DNA from: an uncultured Actinomycetota bacterium
GTDB taxonomy: Bacteria > Actinomycetota > Acidimicrobiia > Acidimicrobiales > Bog-793
Length of the DNA stretch: 64,000 bases
Direction: 5' to 3'
Assembly (NCBI GenBank): GCA_963769255.1
Contig: CAVYKV010000003.1
Location: forward strand, 610,309-674,308
A program made the position numbers and the translations under genes. The notes beneath the pieces are model-generated. The model made no database searches. It was not told the DNA's origin and saw only the letters and a program-made list of their open reading frames with translations. Positions 28,832-39,214 of the stretch are shown in pieces; position 1 is the first letter of the stretch, and each line of letters starts with the position of its first letter.

Positions 28832-29748
28832 CGCCCACCGGCAGTTCGACCGTCGGCTTTGTGGGCCTCGGTTCGATGGGGGCTTCGATGGCGAGGAATC
28901 TGCTGCGGTCGGGGAGGCCCCTCGTCGTGCTCGACCGTGAGCCCGAGCGGATGGCGCCCCTCGTGGGAGACGGCGCCGAGGCGGCGGGCAGTCTCACCGA
29001 CGTCGCCCAGGCCAGCATCGTCTTCGTCTCGCTCCCCGGACCGCCCGAGGTCGAGGGCGTCTGCCTCGGAGACGACGGCCTGCTGGCGCACATGCGAGCG
29101 GGTTCGGCCCTCGTGTGCTTGAGCACGATCTCGCTCGCCTCCTGCCGGCGCCTCGACGAGGCAGCCCGCGCAAGCGGCGTCGCCTTCGTGGACGCTCCGG
29201 TGACGGGGGCGGCAGACGGCGCCCGTGACGCCTCCCTCGTCCTGATGGTGGGGGCCAGTCCGGAGGCCTTCGAGCTCGTGAGGCCGACCCTCGACGTCAT
29301 CGGCCGGCGTTGTTTCCTCATGGGGGAGCCGCCGGCGGGAACTGCCACCAAGCTCCTCACCAACATGCTCTGGTTCGTCCACGTCGTGGCGCTCTCCGAG
29401 GCGCTCGCCCTCGGCCGGGCCAGCGGGGTGGTACCCGAGGTGCTGGGCGAGGTCGTTCGTCAGAGTGCCGGCGGGAGCTGGGTGGCCGAGCACGACCTCG
29501 GCAACCTCCTCGCCGGCGACGACGACGCCTCGTTCACCTTGGCCTTGTGCTGCAAGGATCTTCGCCTCATCGCCGAGCTCGCCTCGGAGGCCGGGTACGA
29601 GGCGTCGCTCGCCGGCGTCGCTCGCGGTTGGTTCGACCGCGCACGGGACACCTACGGCCCAGGAGCCGGGGAGCTCGCCGTCTCGCGTCTCGTCGAACAT
29701 GCAGCCGGCGTCTCCATCCGAGCGACCGACCGAGCGCCGGAGACCTGA
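28828..29748 (+). CDS. NAD(P)-dependent beta-hydroxyacid dehydrogenase (3-hydroxyisobutyrate dehydrogenase family)
   Basis: VGFVGLGSMGASMARNL and DAPVTGAADGA. ATGA overlap with iclR. Confidence 0.85.
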   Translation: MTPTGSSTVGFVGLGSMGASMARNLLRSGRPLVVLDREPERMAPLVGDGAEAAGSLTDVAQASIVFVSLPGPPEVEGVCLGDDGLLAHMRAGSALVCLSTISLASCRRLDEAARASGVAFVDAPVTGAADGARDASLVLMVGASPEAFELVRPTLDVIGRRCFLMGEPPAGTATKLLTNMLWFVHVVALSEALALGRASGVVPEVLGEVVRQSAGGSWVAEHDLGNLLAGDDDASFTLALCCKDLRLIAELASEAGYEASLAGVARGWFDRARDTYGPGAGELAVSRLVEHAAGVSIRATDRAPET

Positions 29749-29805
29749 GATGGAGGGGCAGCGGCCGCGCCGCTGCGACGATCGAGGCAGGAGCCGAGGG
29801 ACGTC

Positions 29806-31948
29806 GTGACGCCCGCCGGGCGACCGATCTCCGACGAGCAGCGGCGGATTCTGGCGTCGCTCGCCGACGTCCTCATCCCTGCTGCCGATCCGATGCCGTC
29901 CGCCAGTCAGGCGGGCGTGGCGGAGAAGTGGCTCGACCGGGTGCTGGAGGCGCGTCCCGACCTGGCGGGACCCCTCAACGAGCTCCTGCTGGGGGCCGCC
30001 GGTCGCCAGCCCGACGAGCACGTGCGGGCGCTGCAGGGGCAGGCAGGGTCCGAGTTCGGGTTGCTCGAGACCGTCGTCAGTGGTGCGTATTACATGAACC
30101 CCAGGGTGAGGAAGCTGATCGGCTACCCGGGGCAGGCCCAGAACCCCATCTACCCCGACGAAGCGGACTACGACCTGCGCGACGGCCTCCTCGACCCCGT
30201 TCTTCGGCGCTTCTCGGCCGAGGTCGTCTGGCCGAGCGCTTCGGCAACGGGGCCACCCGAGCCCGCCTCGCTCGAGGTGTCCACCGGGCCGTCGGGGGGG
30301 CGTCGGGCGGCGACGGCTGTGACCTCGCCGGACGACGTCGCCGATGTCGTCATCGTGGGAGCCGGCGCCTCCGGCGCCATCGCCGCCCGTCACCTGGCGG
30401 CAGCAGGATGGCGGGTCGTCTGCCTGGAGCAGGGGGACTGGCTGAACGCCTCCGACTACCCCGGCGACAAGCGGGAGTGGGAGCTCGTCTCCCGAGGAAC
30501 GCTGGAGCGCCGATCCGAACACCCGGCACCTGCGCGAGGACTACCCGTGCGACGTGTCGGAGACCGACGTGAGCCCTGTCATGCACAACGGCGTCGGCGG
30601 GAGCACGATCCACTTCGGCGCCCAGTGGGCGAGGATGCGTCCCCAGGACTTCCGCGTACGATCGGTCGACGGCCTGGCCGACGACTGGCCGATCACCTAC
30701 GAGGAGCTCCTCCCCTTCTACGAGCGGATCGACCTCGAGATGGGCATCTCCGGGCTCGGCGGCGACCCGATGTACCCGCCCGGCACTCCGCCCCCACTTC
30801 CGCCCATACCGATCGGCGCCGTCGGGCGAACGGCGGCAACGGGCATGAACGAGCTCGGCTGGCACTGGTGGCCGGCCAGCCATGCCATCGCCTCCAGACC
30901 GTACGGCAACCTGAGTGCATGTCAGCGCCGCGGGACCTGCGGCACAGGCTGCCCGGAGGGCGCCAAGGCGTCGACTGATCGCACGCACTGGCCGGCGGCG
31001 CTGCGCGACGGAGCCCGCCTCGTGACCCGCGCCCGGGCCCGCCAGATTCTCCTCGACGCTCGAGGCCGCGCCAGCGGGGTCGTCTTCGTCGACCGCGAAG
31101 GCGTCGAGCGCCGCCAGCGCGCTGATGTCGTCATCCTTGCTGCCAACGGAATCGGGACCCCACGGCTCCTCTTGTTGTCGACGTCGGCGTCGTTTCCGGA
31201 CGGGCTCGCCAACTCCTCCGGCCTCGTCGGACGGCGCCTCATGCTCCACCCCTACATGAGTGTCCTCGGCACCTACACCGACGAGCTGCGCAGCTGGGTC
31301 GGCCCGAGCGGGACGCCGCTGCTCTCCCTCGAGTTCGCCGACTCCGACGAATCGAGGGGGTTTCCTCGTGGTGCGCAGTGGGACACGCTCACGCAGGGAG
31401 GGCCCGTGAGGCTTCTCAAGAACTTCGACGGGCTGGGTTTCGACGAACGCTGGGGCGCCGGGCACCACGCCCTTCGGGAGCGCACCTTCGGGCACGCCTT
31501 CCACTGGGGAATCGGCATCGAGGACCTGCCGCACGAAGGCAACGACGTGAGCCTCTCGGACGAGCTCGCCGACTCCGACGGCATCCCCGCTCCCAAGATC
31601 CGCTTCCGCATCGACGCCGACGGGAGGGCCAACCTCGCCTGGCAGATGAGGCGGGCGAGAGAGGCGCATCTGGCCGCGGGCGCCATCGAGACACTCGACG
31701 TCGACTGGTCCGCCTGGGGCTGGCACCTGCTCGGTACGACGCGTATGGGAGACGACCCCTCGAGCGCCGTCGTCGACCGGTTCGGGCGCTGCCACGACGT
31801 GCCGAACCTTTTCGTGCTGGACGGCAGCGTCTTCGTGACCTCCGGGCCGATGGCGCCGACGGCGACCATCTGCGCCAACGCCCTGCGGTGCACCGAGCAT
31901 CTGGTCCGCAACAAGGAGAGGCCGCCCGGCAGCTCCCCGTTCCCGTAG
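29806..31948 (+). pseudogene. Gluconate-2-dehydrogenase-subunit-3-like domain joined in frame to a GMC family oxidoreductase, frame-disrupted at about 30488-30496
   Basis: The N-terminal ~150 aa (ILASLADVLIPA...SGAYYMNP) is followed, with no stop, by the GMC FAD motif DVVIVGAGASGAIAA. After ...KREWELVS the homologous continuation EERWSADPNTRHLREDYP...VGGSTIHFGAQW...VLDGSVF is in the +1 frame. Deleting one C of CCC restores a single ORF. Confidence 0.75.
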
Positions 31949-31973
31949 CGCTGGTTCGACTGAGGAGGACGAA

Positions 31974-32825
31974 ATGACGAACGAGGCGACCGAGCCCGGT
32001 GGTGAGCAGGGAGCCCGCGCCCTCCTGCACGCCGCTGTCCCCCGTGTGCGGTGGGGCGATGCCGAATCGGGTGTCGTCAGCGACTGGGTGTACTGGAGGA
32101 CGCAGCGCTTGGTGGCCATCGTCTTCTCGATGCCGCCCGGTGGGAGCTTCAAAGTGTCCGACGACTGGATGCCGCGCTACGACGCGCAGGAATGCCAGTA
32201 CGTGCTGAGCGGCGAGTACACCGTCCACAACCCGACGACGGGCGAGATCCGGGTCGCCAAGGCAGGACAGGCGGTCACCTTCGGGCGCATGAGCTGGCAC
32301 TACGGCTACAACTTCGCCGACAGCGAGCTCCGGGTGATCGAGTGGTTGAGCTTCTCACCCGACCGGGAGGCCTACAGCTCGCCGGGGACTCGGCCGGAGC
32401 GCCAGCTCGAGATGGACGCCGAGCTCGTCGGCTGCTTCCCCGGACACCGCGACAAGGGGGCACGCCGCATCGACGTGGTCGACGAGGCCACCTCCTTGCG
32501 GGCCATCCTCGGGGCGGAACGCCAGCTCTTGGCGTCGGTCCTCACGACGACGCCCCTTCTCACGGTGGCCGTGCTCGAGATCCCTGCGGCCCACCGGAGC
32601 GAGCCGCTGTGTCAGGACGCCGACACGCTCCTGCTCGTGGAAGGCGGCAAGACCCACCTGTACGTTCCCGCTCAAGACGTCTGGGCGGAGCTCACCGATC
32701 TGGATGCCTTCTTCGTGCCTGCCGGCGTCGAGTACCACATCCTCAATCAGACTGACCGGCGGTCCCGGGTGCTGCTCGCCACGACCGGACCATCGCTCGT
32801 CACACACCGGGAGGTCGGGACATGA
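31974..32825 (+). CDS. Cupin-like protein (two cupin-like halves)
   Basis: 283-aa ORF with two beta-barrel-like segments (QYVLSGEYTVHNP.. and TLLLVEGGKTHLYVP..FFVPAGVEYHILN). The family is not firmly recognised. Confidence 0.6.
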   Translation: MTNEATEPGGEQGARALLHAAVPRVRWGDAESGVVSDWVYWRTQRLVAIVFSMPPGGSFKVSDDWMPRYDAQECQYVLSGEYTVHNPTTGEIRVAKAGQAVTFGRMSWHYGYNFADSELRVIEWLSFSPDREAYSSPGTRPERQLEMDAELVGCFPGHRDKGARRIDVVDEATSLRAILGAERQLLASVLTTTPLLTVAVLEIPAAHRSEPLCQDADTLLLVEGGKTHLYVPAQDVWAELTDLDAFFVPAGVEYHILNQTDRRSRVLLATTGPSLVTHREVGT

Positions 32826-33247
32826 GCATGCAGCCCAACGAGCTCGAGGCCTTTCTCGGCCAGACGTTCCCGACCCCCCTCGGTGTCGTCGGCACGTCGC
32901 GCCGCGACGGCTCGCCGAACGTGACGCCCGTCTGGTTCCGCTGGGACGGCGAAGCCGTAACCATCTGGACGACCGACACGCGAGCCTGGGTCCGCAATGT
33001 GCTGCGCGACCCGCGGGTCGCCTTCTCGGTCCAGACGTTCGAGGCCCCCTACCCGGCCGTGGTGATTCGCGGGCTGGCGAGCGTGACGAGCGGAAACGGG
33101 CCCGCCATCCTCGATGAGATCAGGGCCATCAGCCGGCGCTATGTCTCGAGCGAGGAGGTCGAGCCGTACGTCAGCGACTGGCCCGCCCTGCGGACGATCG
33201 TGCGGATCACGCCCAACCGCCTCATCTCCTGGCTGGAAGGCGGCTGA
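32822..33247 (+). CDS. Pyridoxamine 5'-phosphate oxidase (PPOX-class, possibly F420-dependent) family protein
   Basis: LGVVGTSRRDGSPNVTPVWFRWDGEAVTIWT pattern. ATGA overlap with the previous gene. Confidence 0.8.
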   Translation: MSMQPNELEAFLGQTFPTPLGVVGTSRRDGSPNVTPVWFRWDGEAVTIWTTDTRAWVRNVLRDPRVAFSVQTFEAPYPAVVIRGLASVTSGNGPAILDEIRAISRRYVSSEEVEPYVSDWPALRTIVRITPNRLISWLEGG

Positions 33248-33257
33248 GGCTTCGCGT

Positions 33258-33914
33258 TCAGCCGGCCAGCTCGACCCGCATCACGACGCGACGAGGGCTT
33301 GGCTGGTGCACCTGGACGAAACCCGCCTCATCGAACACCTGCCGGCTTCCCACATGGTTCTCGCCCCACGTGATCTCGTAGCCGGGGGGAGTCGTCATGG
33401 GGTAGGCCTCCAGCGCCCTGGCTCCTCCGCGGCGGGCGAAGTCGATCGTGGCCGCCGCCAAGGCGTAGGTGATCCCGCGCCCGCGGTACCCCTTGCGGAC
33501 CACGAAACAGGTGACCGACCACACGCCATCATCGTCCCGGTCCTCCGTGCGGCCGCTCCAGACGGTCCGGCTCTTCAGGAGATGTGGGTAGGCGGTGCGG
33601 GGTTCGACGGCCACCCACCCCACCGGCTCCTCGGCGAGGTAGGCGACGAGACCGCTCGTCCTACGGGCTCTCGGGTTGCCGCAGCGCGTCTGTGCCCTCA
33701 GGCCGTCGCGTCGCTGTTCCTCCGTGGTGGACGTCCACAGCCACTCGTAGGTCTTGTAGCGCTGGCAGTAGCACCGGCCCGTGTAGTCGGCCAGCCCGAA
33801 GATCGCCTGCAGATCCCCCCACGAGGCCTTGTTGGCGGCCACGATCGTCAGTTGCCCGGCCGTGACCGGTTCCCGATCCCGCGTCGCCGGTCGCTTCGAG
33901 GCAGCCGTGCTCAC
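33258..33914 (-). CDS. GNAT family N-acetyltransferase
   Basis: CFVVRKGYRGRGITYALAAATIDFARRGGARALEAYP. GTG at 33914 overlaps the upstream stop (GTGA). Confidence 0.8.
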   Translation of the reverse strand: MSTAASKRPATRDREPVTAGQLTIVAANKASWGDLQAIFGLADYTGRCYCQRYKTYEWLWTSTTEEQRRDGLRAQTRCGNPRARRTSGLVAYLAEEPVGWVAVEPRTAYPHLLKSRTVWSGRTEDRDDDGVWSVTCFVVRKGYRGRGITYALAAATIDFARRGGARALEAYPMTTPPGYEITWGENHVGSRQVFDEAGFVQVHQPSPRRVVMRVELAG

Positions 33915-34495
33915 GCGGGATCCTCTCCGACCAGTCCATCGATCGACTCGCGGATGAGGTCGGCATGCCCGACGTGACGGGCGTACTCCTCGATCATGTC
34001 CATGACGAGGCGCCGCAGGCTCGGGACGCGCCCGTCGGGCCACGCCCGCTTCGACGGTTCATCCAGGGTCCCGCCCGCGGAGAGGACGCCCGCCACGGCT
34101 TCCCGGGATTTGGCGGCCGTGCCCTGCCACAGGAGGAAGAGCTGCTCCGGCGTGTCGTCGGCAGCAGTTCGCCATTCCCAGTCCGGATCGGCGTCCCAGT
34201 CGACCATGTCCCAGGGGGTCCCGAACTCCCGGCCGAGCAAACGGCGGGAGAAGTACTCCTCTTCCACGAGGGCGAGATGCTTGAGGAGACCCCCCAAGGT
34301 CATGGTGGAGGGCGGCAGCGTCTGGCGCAAGGCGGCCGAGTCCAGGTCGCCGCACTTCCAGGCGATGTAACGGCGCTGCCGTTCGAGGGCGCCGAGGAGC
34401 GTCTCCACGTCGGTGCCGGCGACGGGCGGTTCGCTGGGGAGTGGTTCGCTGGGGGGTGGTTCGCTGGGGGTCGTTTCGGTGTCGTCGGACTGCAT
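33911..34495 (-). CDS. DinB/DUF664 family protein
   Basis: RRYIAWKCGDLDSAALRQTLPPSTMTLGGLLKHLALVEEEYF...YARHVGHADLIRE. The N-terminal PSEPP repeats are low-complexity. Confidence 0.8.
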   Translation of the reverse strand: MQSDDTETTPSEPPPSEPLPSEPPVAGTDVETLLGALERQRRYIAWKCGDLDSAALRQTLPPSTMTLGGLLKHLALVEEEYFSRRLLGREFGTPWDMVDWDADPDWEWRTAADDTPEQLFLLWQGTAAKSREAVAGVLSAGGTLDEPSKRAWPDGRVPSLRRLVMDMIEEYARHVGHADLIRESIDGLVGEDPA

Positions 34496-34658
34496 GGGGC
34501 GTACGTTAGGGAACAAGCCGGACGATCTACTTCCGGATTACGTGGATTCCGTCACCAGAGCAGCAGGGTGCGGTCAGCGACCGAGGCTGGCCCAGCTCCC
34601 GGGTGATCCCCGAACCCGAGCCGGACCATGCCTCGTTCGCGCTGAGCCCTGGATCTCG

Positions 34659-35147
34659 TTACGCCAGCGCCCGCTTCAACAGCCCGACGATGCGGGCCTC
34701 GTTCGCCGCCGTCAACTCCTGCAGCGCATAGGTGGTCGGCCACATGGTGCCGTCGTCGAGGTGTGCCTTGTCGCTGAAGCCGAGCGTGGCGTACCTCGTC
34801 TTGAACTTCTGGGCGCTCTGGAAGAAGCAGACGACGTTGCCGTCCTTGGCGTAGGCCGGCATGCCGTACCAGGTCCTCGGCGCCAGGTCCGGCGCGCTGG
34901 CCGTGATGACGGCATGGAGCCGCTCAGCAAGGGCGCGGTCCGACGCCTGCATCTCGGAGATCTTGGCCATCAGCTCGCCTTCTCCGTCCGCCTTGTCCGC
35001 CTTGCCACGGCCCGCGGACGCCTTCAGCTCTCGAACGCGCTCCTTCATGGCAGCTCGTTCCTCGTCCGTGAACCCGTTGGACGCCTTGCCGGTGGTGCTC
35101 CTGGCGGACCTCGACGTGTCCTTCGTTGCGGTGCTTCGCTCAGCCAT
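34659..35147 (-). CDS. DUF1801 (YdhG-like) domain protein
   Basis: MPAYAKDGNVVCFFQSAQKFKTRYATLGFSDKA. ATG at 35147 is the preferred start. Confidence 0.75.
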   Translation of the reverse strand: MAERSTATKDTSRSARSTTGKASNGFTDEERAAMKERVRELKASAGRGKADKADGEGELMAKISEMQASDRALAERLHAVITASAPDLAPRTWYGMPAYAKDGNVVCFFQSAQKFKTRYATLGFSDKAHLDDGTMWPTTYALQELTAANEARIVGLLKRALA

Positions 35148-35793
35148 GATGGCTCCTTTCCATATCGTTACCACGCTGGGACTGAGACGCAGCGGCCTCC
35201 CAGGCGAACCCGTCCGGGTCGGCGAAGGAGCCGGCGCCGCCGATCACGAGCCCGTGCGAGCCGGTGCCCTCCGGTGCCACGCCGGCGTCCTTCGCAAGCG
35301 CACGGCGACCGTAGAGCGCCAGCTTGACCGGCGCAGACGGCGCGTCGAACTGGACGTATGTACCCATGAAGCTCTTCGCCACCGCGAAACCGTGGTCGAC
35401 GTAGAACCGCTTGCTGGCGGCAACGTCGGCCGCTCCCAAGAGGAGCACGATCTCGTCGATCTCCCTCGTGGCTGGGCCGGTGTTCTTCCTCGACGACGTG
35501 GCGACCTTCCAGATCGTGCCATCGGGGGCTCCCACGACTCCGCCGTAACCCCACAGCGACTTCGCGATCGGCTTCAGCGTGGCGGCGCCGGCGTCGAGTG
35601 CGCTGGCGATGAGGTTGTCGACCGTGGACGGTTGCGAGACCACGAGCGACACGGTGAAGCCGCGAAACCCGCTCGTCGGCGCCGTCGAAGCGCGGCAACG
35701 CAACACGTCGCCGAGACCGAAGGCGGCCGAGTAGAAGGTGCCGGCGGCCCCGGGGTCGGGCACCTCGAGGGTGAGGGATTCGATGCAGGTCAT
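35140..35793 (-). CDS. Two-domain VOC/glyoxalase family protein
   Basis: LTLEVPDPGAAGTFYSAAFGL and LLGAADVAASKRFYVDHGF form the two halves. The start is ATG at 35793. Confidence 0.8.
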   Translation of the reverse strand: MTCIESLTLEVPDPGAAGTFYSAAFGLGDVLRCRASTAPTSGFRGFTVSLVVSQPSTVDNLIASALDAGAATLKPIAKSLWGYGGVVGAPDGTIWKVATSSRKNTGPATREIDEIVLLLGAADVAASKRFYVDHGFAVAKSFMGTYVQFDAPSAPVKLALYGRRALAKDAGVAPEGTGSHGLVIGGAGSFADPDGFAWEAAASQSQRGNDMERSHHG

Positions 35794-35821
35794 GGCATGT
35801 CCTCTCGTTGAGTGGGGCTTG

Positions 35822-37072
35822 TCAGGGGCGGTGGCTGGTCGAAGCTGTCTCGTGGGCGATGGGCATCTGGTGAGCCGTCGGCGTGAGCTCCTCGAGGGTG
35901 CGTGCGCGGAGCGCTGTGACAAGCGTGGCGAGGGCTCCTCCGGCGCCGACGAGTGCGAAGACGGCCCGAGCTCCCCCCCATTGGGCGAGCGCTCCGCCCG
36001 CTGCGGAGCCGAGCGCTGCGCCGGACAGCGAGGCCGTCACGAGCCAGGAGAACGCCGCGGTGTGGGTGCCGGGCGGAGCCAGCCGGTCGACCATGGCGTA
36101 GACGCTCGAGACCGTGGGCGCGATGGTCGCTCCCGCCAGCAGGATGACGATGCCCAGCGACAGCACGCTGCCCGTCGCCACGATCAGTGCGCCATGGGAA
36201 GCGGCGAGCGTCCCGACCAGCAGGATCAGGCCGCCGGCGCCTCGCCCGCCTCCACCGAGGCGCGTCGCCACGATCCCGCCCAGCAACGACCCGACGCCCC
36301 AGATCCCGAGGAGAGGTCCTGCGGCCGCAGTGCGGCCGAGGGCGTGCGTGGCAGAGGTCACGCCGACCTCGGTGGCACCGAACACGCATCCCGTTGCCAG
36401 CACGATCAGCACGAGCGTCCTCATTGCCGGCGCCCCAAAGGCACCGCCGCCTGTTCGGCTTTGGGAGGACTGGGGGCGCCACCGTCGTGAGGCCGGCTGG
36501 GCGGCGAACACGAGCGTGCCCGCCAGTAGGAGCAGCCCGCTGACAACGAGGGCCGCTCCGGAGGACCACAGTGAGTCCAGTCCGAGCGCCAGCGGGGGGC
36601 CTGCCACGAACGTCAGCTCGAGGACGGTGGATTCGAAGACGAACAGCCTCGGCAGCTGATCGCGATCAATGACGACGGACGGAAGGAGCGTGCGGACGCA
36701 GGCGGCCAGCGGAGGTGTCGCCAGTCCGGCGGTGCCGCCCAGGGCGACCAAGAAGGCCGGCGGGATGCCGGACGGGAGCAGCCCAGCCGCGACGAGCGCC
36801 ATCGACGTGATCGTCGAACCGACGAGAAGAACTCGCGTCTGGCCGCATCGGTCGACGACTCGTCCGAGCTGGGGTGCCGCCGCCGCGCTGCAGATCGCGT
36901 AGGTACCACAGACCGCCCCGGCCACGGCGAACGATCCGGTCAGCCGCTGCACGTGTACCAGCAGGGCGATGCTGAACATGGCGAGCGGGAGCCGGGCGAG
37001 GATCGAGCTCGCCAGGAGCGTCTTGGTCCCGTCGGCTGTGACGATGGAGGGGCGGTTCCGGCTGAGCTCCAT
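35822..37072 (-). CDS. MFS transporter
   Basis: About 12 predicted hydrophobic segments. The GRVVDRCGQTRVLL loop between TM2 and TM3 is typical of MFS transporters. Confidence 0.85.
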   Translation of the reverse strand: MELSRNRPSIVTADGTKTLLASSILARLPLAMFSIALLVHVQRLTGSFAVAGAVCGTYAICSAAAAPQLGRVVDRCGQTRVLLVGSTITSMALVAAGLLPSGIPPAFLVALGGTAGLATPPLAACVRTLLPSVVIDRDQLPRLFVFESTVLELTFVAGPPLALGLDSLWSSGAALVVSGLLLLAGTLVFAAQPASRRWRPQSSQSRTGGGAFGAPAMRTLVLIVLATGCVFGATEVGVTSATHALGRTAAAGPLLGIWGVGSLLGGIVATRLGGGGRGAGGLILLVGTLAASHGALIVATGSVLSLGIVILLAGATIAPTVSSVYAMVDRLAPPGTHTAAFSWLVTASLSGAALGSAAGGALAQWGGARAVFALVGAGGALATLVTALRARTLEELTPTAHQMPIAHETASTSHRP

Positions 37073-37176
37073 GGCTCGCCACCGTAAGCCAAAAGCGGCT
37101 CAGTTGTAAGAGCCACTTCGGTACATAAATCGTGTACCGCTTTGCCGACGGGGCGCCGAAGTCGACCCGTCGTCCC

Positions 37177-38572
37177 TTACAACAGGTCGCCGATGGCGCC
37201 GATGCCGCGCTCGATCGCCGACTCGCTCAGATTGCCGAACCCGAGCACCAGTTGAGGCGGGCCGGTCCGCCCGCTCGGCCGATACGCCCCCATGCCGTAG
37301 AGCCCGATCGAACGCTCCCGGGCCTCCTCGATGATCGCCTGCTCGTCGGCCCCCTCCCGGAGGTCCGCCACGGCGTGAAAGCCGGCGGCGAGTCCACGCA
37401 AGCTCACCCCCGGCGCCGCCTTGGAGAGGGAGGCGACGAGTGCCTGGCGGCGGGCTGCGTAGATCCGGCGCATGTGTCGCAGATGCTTGTCGTATCGCCC
37501 GGACTCGATGAGGGCGGCGAGGGCGAGCTGGTCGAGGGCGGGCGAAGCACGGTCGCTCAGTCGCTTGTTCTCGGTCACGACGTCCAGCAGCCAAGCCGGA
37601 GCCACAATCCAGCCGAGCCGGAGCGCCGGCGCCAGCGACTTGCTCACCGAGCCGATCAGCAGGACCCGGTCGGGCGCCAGTCCCTGCAGGGCACCGACGG
37701 GGGCTCGGTCGTAACGGAGCTCGGCGTCGTAGTCATCTTCGATGACGATGGCTCCGTGGTCATTCGCCCACGAGATCAGCGCGTTTCGGCGCTCCGGCGC
37801 GAGGGCGCTCCCGGTCGGGAACTGGTGCGTAGGCGTGAGGACGACGGCCCGCACGCCGCTGTTTGCGAGCGCCTCCACGTCGATCCCGCGCTCGTCGATC
37901 TCGACCGGGATGGCCTCCATGCCCAGCTGGCGGCAAATGGCGTGGTAGTCGTTGTCGCCGGGATCCTCGATCGCCACCCGCCAGATGCCGCGTTGGGCAA
38001 GTGCGGCGAGGGCGAGGTTGATCCCCTGGCCGAAGCCCCCACAGATCACGATCCGCTCGGCCGGGCCGACGGTTCCCCGCACTCGGCGAAGATAGGCAGC
38101 GAGAACGGCCCGCAGGGTGTCGGTGCCTCCCGGGTCGCCATACCCGAGATCGGAGGGCGTGGCATCTCGGCATGCCTCGCGCAGTGCCCAGGTCCAGTCG
38201 CGCCAGGGAAAGCTGGTCAGATCCGGAACCCCTGGTCGGAAGTCGACGGCCGGCCGGTGGGCAGGTGGGCGCTGGATCGGGAGCTCGAGCGGGGCCGTCG
38301 AGCTGACGGCCACACGGGTGGCGGAGCCGGATCGCGACGTGAGAAACCCTTCGGCCTGTAACTGGCTGTAGCACTCGAGCACGAGTCCGCGCGGAGATCC
38401 CGAGCTCTGCAGCGAGTGCTCGGGAGGACGGAAGCCGTTCACCGGCCGTCAGGCGACCGGAGCGGATCGCATCCCGCAACTCCCGCTCGAGCTGAAGGCG
38501 GAGAGGCTCCGCCGCGGACCGGTCCAGCCGAAGCAAGATGTCCGGCCCCAGACCGGCCCACTCGATCGCCAT
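37177..38572 (-). pseudogene. MocR-type regulator (GntR HTH + PLP aminotransferase-like domain), frame-disrupted at about 38387-38394
   Basis: The HTH part ...LPSSRALAAELGIS is in one frame. The continuation RGLVLECYSQLQAEGFL... and the aminotransferase fold (SVSKSL) are in the +1 frame, with an extra base in a CGCGCG context. Confidence 0.85.
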
Positions 38573-38805
38573 CGAAGGTGCATCTTATTCCGAGCCGCTG
38601 AGGCAACCATCGAGTGCTCCGGCGGTTGTAGGGCCGGTATCAAGGTGGGCTGTCTGGGGGATCAGGCGACCGGCACCGGCGGCTGTGCCGGGCTGGGAGT
38701 CTTTGCGTCGAGCAGCGGCACTCGGCCTCGGACCTCGCGATGCGAGTGCCAGGCATCGCTTGGCGGTCCGGAGGCGCCGCAGCCCGAAGGGCCGGGCGGT
38801 GGAGA

Positions 38806-39126
38806 TCAGGCCGAAGGCGGCCGGTATGCCACGTTGGCTCCAGCGGCCTTGTCGATCTCGTCGGGGGTGAGGAGAGTCGTGGTCGCGACCGTCGCACCCC
38901 CACCAGCCGAAACGGTCATCGCAAGTGCGGCCGCCGCCGTGTTGTCGGGCAGGTCGGCGATGACGAAGGCGTCGGTGGAGCCAAAAGCAAAGTGGAACGA
39001 CTCCACCTTGCCGCCGGCGCTCTTGGCCGCAGCAGCGGCGGCCGCCTTGCGCGCCGAGCCTCCCTTGGCGAGGACGCCCCGCATCCCATCGAGGGTGTAG
39101 GTGACCTGAAGCAGGTACTTCGGCAT
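38806..39126 (-). CDS. GYD domain-containing protein
   Basis: MPKYLLQVTYTLDGMRGVLAKGGSAR...FHFAFGSTDAFVIADLPDN matches the GYD family pattern. Confidence 0.85.
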   Translation of the reverse strand: MPKYLLQVTYTLDGMRGVLAKGGSARKAAAAAAAKSAGGKVESFHFAFGSTDAFVIADLPDNTAAAALAMTVSAGGGATVATTTLLTPDEIDKAAGANVAYRPPSA

Positions 39127-39214
39127 GTGGCCTCCCTTGATCGCGTGCCCGAGTATGCCCCAACACAAGCTCGAGAGCCTTCGGGACGCCAGGAGTGCTT
39201 GCGGGGGCTGGACC

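Noticed and set aside
28168-30522. 784-aa minus-strand ORF.
   Set aside because: It runs antisense to the iclR, dehydrogenase and GMC genes. It has no recognisable domains and its composition is typical of a shadow ORF.
34420-34470. Short tandem GGTTCGCTGGGG(A/G) repeats.
   Set aside because: They encode the PSEPPPSEPLPSEPP low-complexity N-terminus of the DinB-family protein. There are only three units.
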